64,000 bases of DNA from Lama glama. Taxonomy: Eukaryota. Within the stretch, counting starts at the first letter, position 1, and each line of letters begins with the position of its first letter. The notes below the pieces were generated by a model. It saw only the letters and a list, made by a program, of their open reading frames with translations. It was not told the DNA's origin and ran no database searches. The position numbers and the translations under genes are program-made. Location of the stretch: assembly GCA_028534125.1 (NCBI GenBank), contig CM052816.1, forward strand, positions 53,322,001 through 53,386,000, written 5' to 3'. Positions 59,701-64,000 of the stretch are shown piece by piece.

Positions 59701-62700
59701 GACGGTCCTTCTCACCCTCCTTGCTCCTGGGTTCAAAGTGCGCTTCCCGTTTTATGGGGGCGATCAGCCTTCCCAAGGTGCTGATTTGAGTGGGCCTGCG
59801 TTTGAGCCTGGTGGACAGTTAACTGTGCTGACCTCCTCTTTCTGCCTGTGCCTTTCTGGCCGGGTTGATATTCCTGCTCTGAGAGAGAGGGGGCTGCTGT
59901 TCCTTTGAGCAGAGCACCAGGCAGGGGTGGGAAACATTTGATCTTGTTCAAAGGGGATGTCTCTGAAGCATGAAGATTGAACTGATTGTGACCCCACCCG
60001 AGGTGGGGCAGCAGAAGCGCCCTCCGGAGAACAGGCCAGGAGGAGGAAGCCGTCAATTACTAATCCCACTGGCCTGTGGGGTCTTCAGGGTCTCATATCC
60101 ATTTCAAAGAGAGAGAACTGGGGTTGAAGGTAATAAAATGGGCCTTAAATTAGAGGAGCAGGGGGTCATTTGATCTAATTTTGTGGTTGTTACTGAGGAA
60201 TAAAAGGGAGAGGAGATAATTTCATTAGCCCCTTTGAGATCTTTATCACGGTGAGATGACACTTGGGGATGTAGTGGGGCCTCACAAGAGCTGGCCATCT
60301 CCCTCCCGAGGAGCCTGGAGTCCAATTTCCATAGCTCAGGGAGGGCTCGGGGAGGCCCAGTGGTCATTGAGGGCACTGTGGTCAGGAACGTGGAGTTCCT
60401 CCTGCCGTGGGAGTCAGTAACTTACAGACAGTTGAAAGGCCCGAGGCATCACCGCCTCTGGCTGGCATATTTCTGGGCCCAGCCTTCACGTCCGTCTTCA
60501 TTCACACTCTTACCATCTCATGTCTGCTTGCTCTCTGGACTCCAGCTTCTCCCTCTCTCCTGCAGAAATGTCTGCTTCATAAATGTAAACTTAGCTCTGA
60601 ATAAAAAGAAGACTTCTGTTGTCTAGTAGTGCTAATGTGCTGATAGACACCTTCACCGCTGGTAAGTGCATTTACTCATAGCTTGAGCCTGTATAGTTCT
60701 TCTACAAAACCTACCCCCCTGTTGATTCGGGAGCTGATATTTCCCCATGCAGGTTGATAAAGGAGGCCGTAGACGGCTCCCGTTCTGGTGGACGTGGTGC
60801 CCTGTGGAACTCCAGCCGAATGTTTTCCTGAAATACTATTTGAGGGGGATTTCGGGGCGGGGAGCGGGGCAGACTGTCACTTGTTTCACTAAGGCTTCTC
60901 GTATCCCGCACAAGCATCCTGGCCCTGCCGTTCTCAGAGGCAAGGGTCCTCTTGCTTTGGCCAGGCGCTGTTCCTCTCCTTCATCACTGTGGCTAATCAG
61001 AAGTTGGCTGGACTTCAGTGCCTCTTAAAAGCCTTTCTCTCTGGCTGCGTCCAGGAAGTTGAAGAGCAGTGTCAGAAATGATGTGAGTTGATGATGAAGA
61101 AATAAACAAACCCAGGCAACATGTGAGGAACCCTTGGCAGCCTTGCTCTTGTTTTTGTGTAGTTTTGATCTGAGGGAACCAGATTTCCTCCGTGTAGAAG
61201 GAATGAGGCCGTGAGGGTCGCTGTGCCCAGGAGCCTGAGCCGTGCCTGCCCCTGGGCCTTCTAGATCAGGGCTCCCGTCGTCTCATAAACTCTGGGATGA
61301 AAACGAGTCGTTTATGCTTGGCGGAGTGCAAAGAAGTCACACGTCTGCAGCCCGAGCTATATGCATGCGGAGTAAAAATAACGTCTGTTCAGGGAAGCAG
61401 AACATTCCAGAACGCTTCAGTCCCCTCTTGGCACCAAAGCAGACAGTGGAGAATAGGAGCCTGGGGAGGGACTTAAAAGAGCTTCTTGTCTGAGCCCTTT
61501 CCTTTCAGTTCAAGACACTGAATGACTTGGCCAAAGCTCTGTCCCCTTGTCTGTCTTGTTTGTTCACCGTCCTTACCCTCGGTCCCTGGCGTGTAGTAAG
61601 TGCTTCATACCCACTTGTTAGGTGAGTGACTGGGACACATGAAGCTCTGACTCCTGACTCCTGGTCTAGTGCTCTTTGAGATACTTTTATAGGTTGAAGA
61701 GTCTAAGAAGTGGTGTCAAGTAGCATGTACATAGTTGAGGCTTTCTTGAGATTACACGTAGACTTAGAAAATTGAGACGCAGCAAGATTAAACTGACTGC
61801 TTGAAGGCAGTGGTGCAGTTGAGGGGAAGACAGGCTTTCTAAGGCTTGGGGGTGGCTGGGAGGTGGGATGCCACATGAGAGCCTGTGTGAGTGATGCCCC
61901 GTTGAGCTGGACGGAGCCTGTGCTGTCCGGAGGTGATGGCCCCAGTCACTCAGCCTCCTTGGAGGAATCGAGCCAACTGTGGAAGTCGGGCTTGAAGTTA
62001 CCCCTGTACCTCAGAGCAGTTCCCAGTGGCCAGAGCCACTCCTTTTGTGCCCAGTGCTTCCGCTTCAGAAGGACATGCTGCTGGGAGCTTGCACGTTGTA
62101 CCAGATGCTGTAGGTGTGAGTGGAAGGCCCAGGTAGGTTTGAGCACTGGAGCCATAGGAGGAAGACTCAGTCTTTACGCTGATAGATGCCGTTGGCTAGT
62201 AAATCAGGGTCTCCACCACTCCGAGCCTCATTTTGAAAATTGCAGCCCTGCTTTCAGTGGCTCCAGACAAGTAAACCAAGTCGTGCAGTGTGCTGTGCCT
62301 AGAGACCCACGGTGGCAAGCCACACTGCTGCTTTTAGGCTGGTGACTCAGAGCATTGCTGTTCGTTTATCTCCCTTATTTAACCTCCCAGTTAGTTCACA
62401 AAAAGATTTACCATTGCAGGCAAGTTTAAAAATTTAGCATGGTTAGAGGAGATTAATTCAAGATGAAAAGTTGGCAAAGAGCATTTGTAAGGTCAAGATA
62501 TTTTGTTTACATCCACAAACACTGGAGCGATGCCATTGTTTGCTGCTTGGTAGATTTCGTCCGCCCAACCCTGGCACAGCCTCCCCGCCTCCCAGCCTGG
62601 CTGGGAGTGTTCGTTCTCTTTAAATTGACCTCAAGGCTTCACCACAAGCCTTGATGTCTTGAGGGTGATTGCCCTTCCTTTAGAACCCTTGGCACCCGAC

Positions 62701-64000
62701 CACTTCCTTGTGGAATTTCTGTGTCACTTCCGAGGGAGAGAACAGTTCCTTCTGGAAACCTTCACAGGTTCACCAGCCTCCTGCTGAAGCTGACTCTGTA
62801 CAGCGTCTCCTCCCACTGCTCCCCGGGAAACGTGCAGCGGACGTTCAGTCTCCTGGTGGGTCAGAAGACAAGCTGTAGTCTCACCCTGACTGATGACTAC
62901 GGGAAGAGTCAGCAGGGTAATTGGTTTCTGCTCTGGATTACGGATCACAGGGCTTATTGATCTAAAGCTGCGGGCATTCTGCAGGCCGGAGGGGGGCCTG
63001 ACTCGGTCTGCATAGCAGCAAGAAGAGTGGTGACCGTTGGATAAATTATTAGAGCTTGAATAAAAAGGGCAGGCTTGATCTTGTACAGTGACGTTAATCA
63101 TTACTTCTGGTGACAGTCAGGCCTTGGGAAGTGGTCGTGTCATCGTGCCTGCGTAGTCTGGTGCTTAGACTTCGCACGGAGGGCTCCTCTTTGGCGCTGG
63201 TGTGGTTCCTTGTGTCCCTGTCCTCATACCCAGCACCAGCGTAGCGCTTTGGAAGTGAACGGTAAATATTATACTTGAACCCAAAACATTCTGTGTGAAA
63301 ACCATGCAAATTAGAAACAAATTCAGTTTTCAAGAATACATGTATGTTGATAAGAACAGTGTATTTGGAACATCTGGTTTCTTGAATTCATTTACACGTG
63401 GGGAAAACTTGATTATCCTCTTCAGGATTCTTGAAAGTACAAACAAAAGTGAGGTAGGAGTGCCTGACCTCCCAGCTGGGGGCTTTTATGAAGGGTAATC
63501 TAGAAAGCAAACCTTTTCGTGGAAAAGTATTTCGGTATTGCCTGTTCATGAAGTCACACTTTATTTATTTACTTATTTTATTGCATGTGACATAATTTCA
63601 ATTCAGTAGTTCTCTTTATCTTTTTTTTTCTCTTCTTTTTAAGCTATCTATGGTGATCTGTAACCACAGTGGCAGAAGAAGGCTAGTGGAGATATTTATA
63701 GCAGTGTTCTTGTTTACAGAATTAAATGCTGAAATGTGATGGAAATGTGATGTATTTGTAGGGTTCCACCTTACTATAAAAATTTTAATAAGTTAGTAGA
63801 TTCCTATTCATGATTTTCTTATTGTAAAGTGAAATCATAGTGTATATATACATTCATTAATAACTCCCCAAATAAGATATAAATCATGTAAGTACAGTTT
63901 TATAGGGAGTAGGGGTGTAAGAATCAAAGTTGGTAGTTGTTTTGCAAGCATCTTCCTCCTATTTTTATAACACAAATCAGAAAAGTCTTTGTTGTGCTTG

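Noticed and set aside
1..64000. CRISPR array, operon, defence system or other prokaryote-like system
   Set aside because: There is no repeat-spacer array or gene-dense segment. The whole window reads as mammalian repeat-laden non-coding DNA.

Overview
Mammalian genomic DNA, very probably camelid (camel, alpaca or llama). The evidence is a tRNA-Ala(AGC)-derived SINE head at 32385-32434 and three young cetartiodactyl/camelid-type L1 3' ends. I can support no protein-coding exon in the window. The ORF track is explained by chance, by GC-rich open frames in the CpG island, and by decayed L1 ORF2 and ERV-L gag. Bases 1-42 kb are repeat-rich intergenic DNA (ERV1, ERVL and MaLR LTRs, an ERV-L gag relic, L1M, L2, MIR, MER5, MER63). 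A strong CpG-island promoter at about 42.3-43.75 kb carries an ATG-free first exon on the + strand (donor TGG|GTGAGT at 43204/43205), a probable alternative first exon about 1.1 kb downstream, and a minus-strand donor suggesting a divergent transcript. Bases 43.2-64 kb are a long first intron. The architecture fits my recollection of LRRC8D, but this is tentative and unverified. The most interesting signals concern splicing: a candidate recursive AG|GT splice site with its exon at 56143-56221, and further candidate 5'UTR cassette exons, two of them carrying upstream ATGs. There are also several readable retrotransposition and deletion scars. I found no convincing wholly new biological system. 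All repeat family names are by eye and need Dfam/RepeatMasker confirmation.
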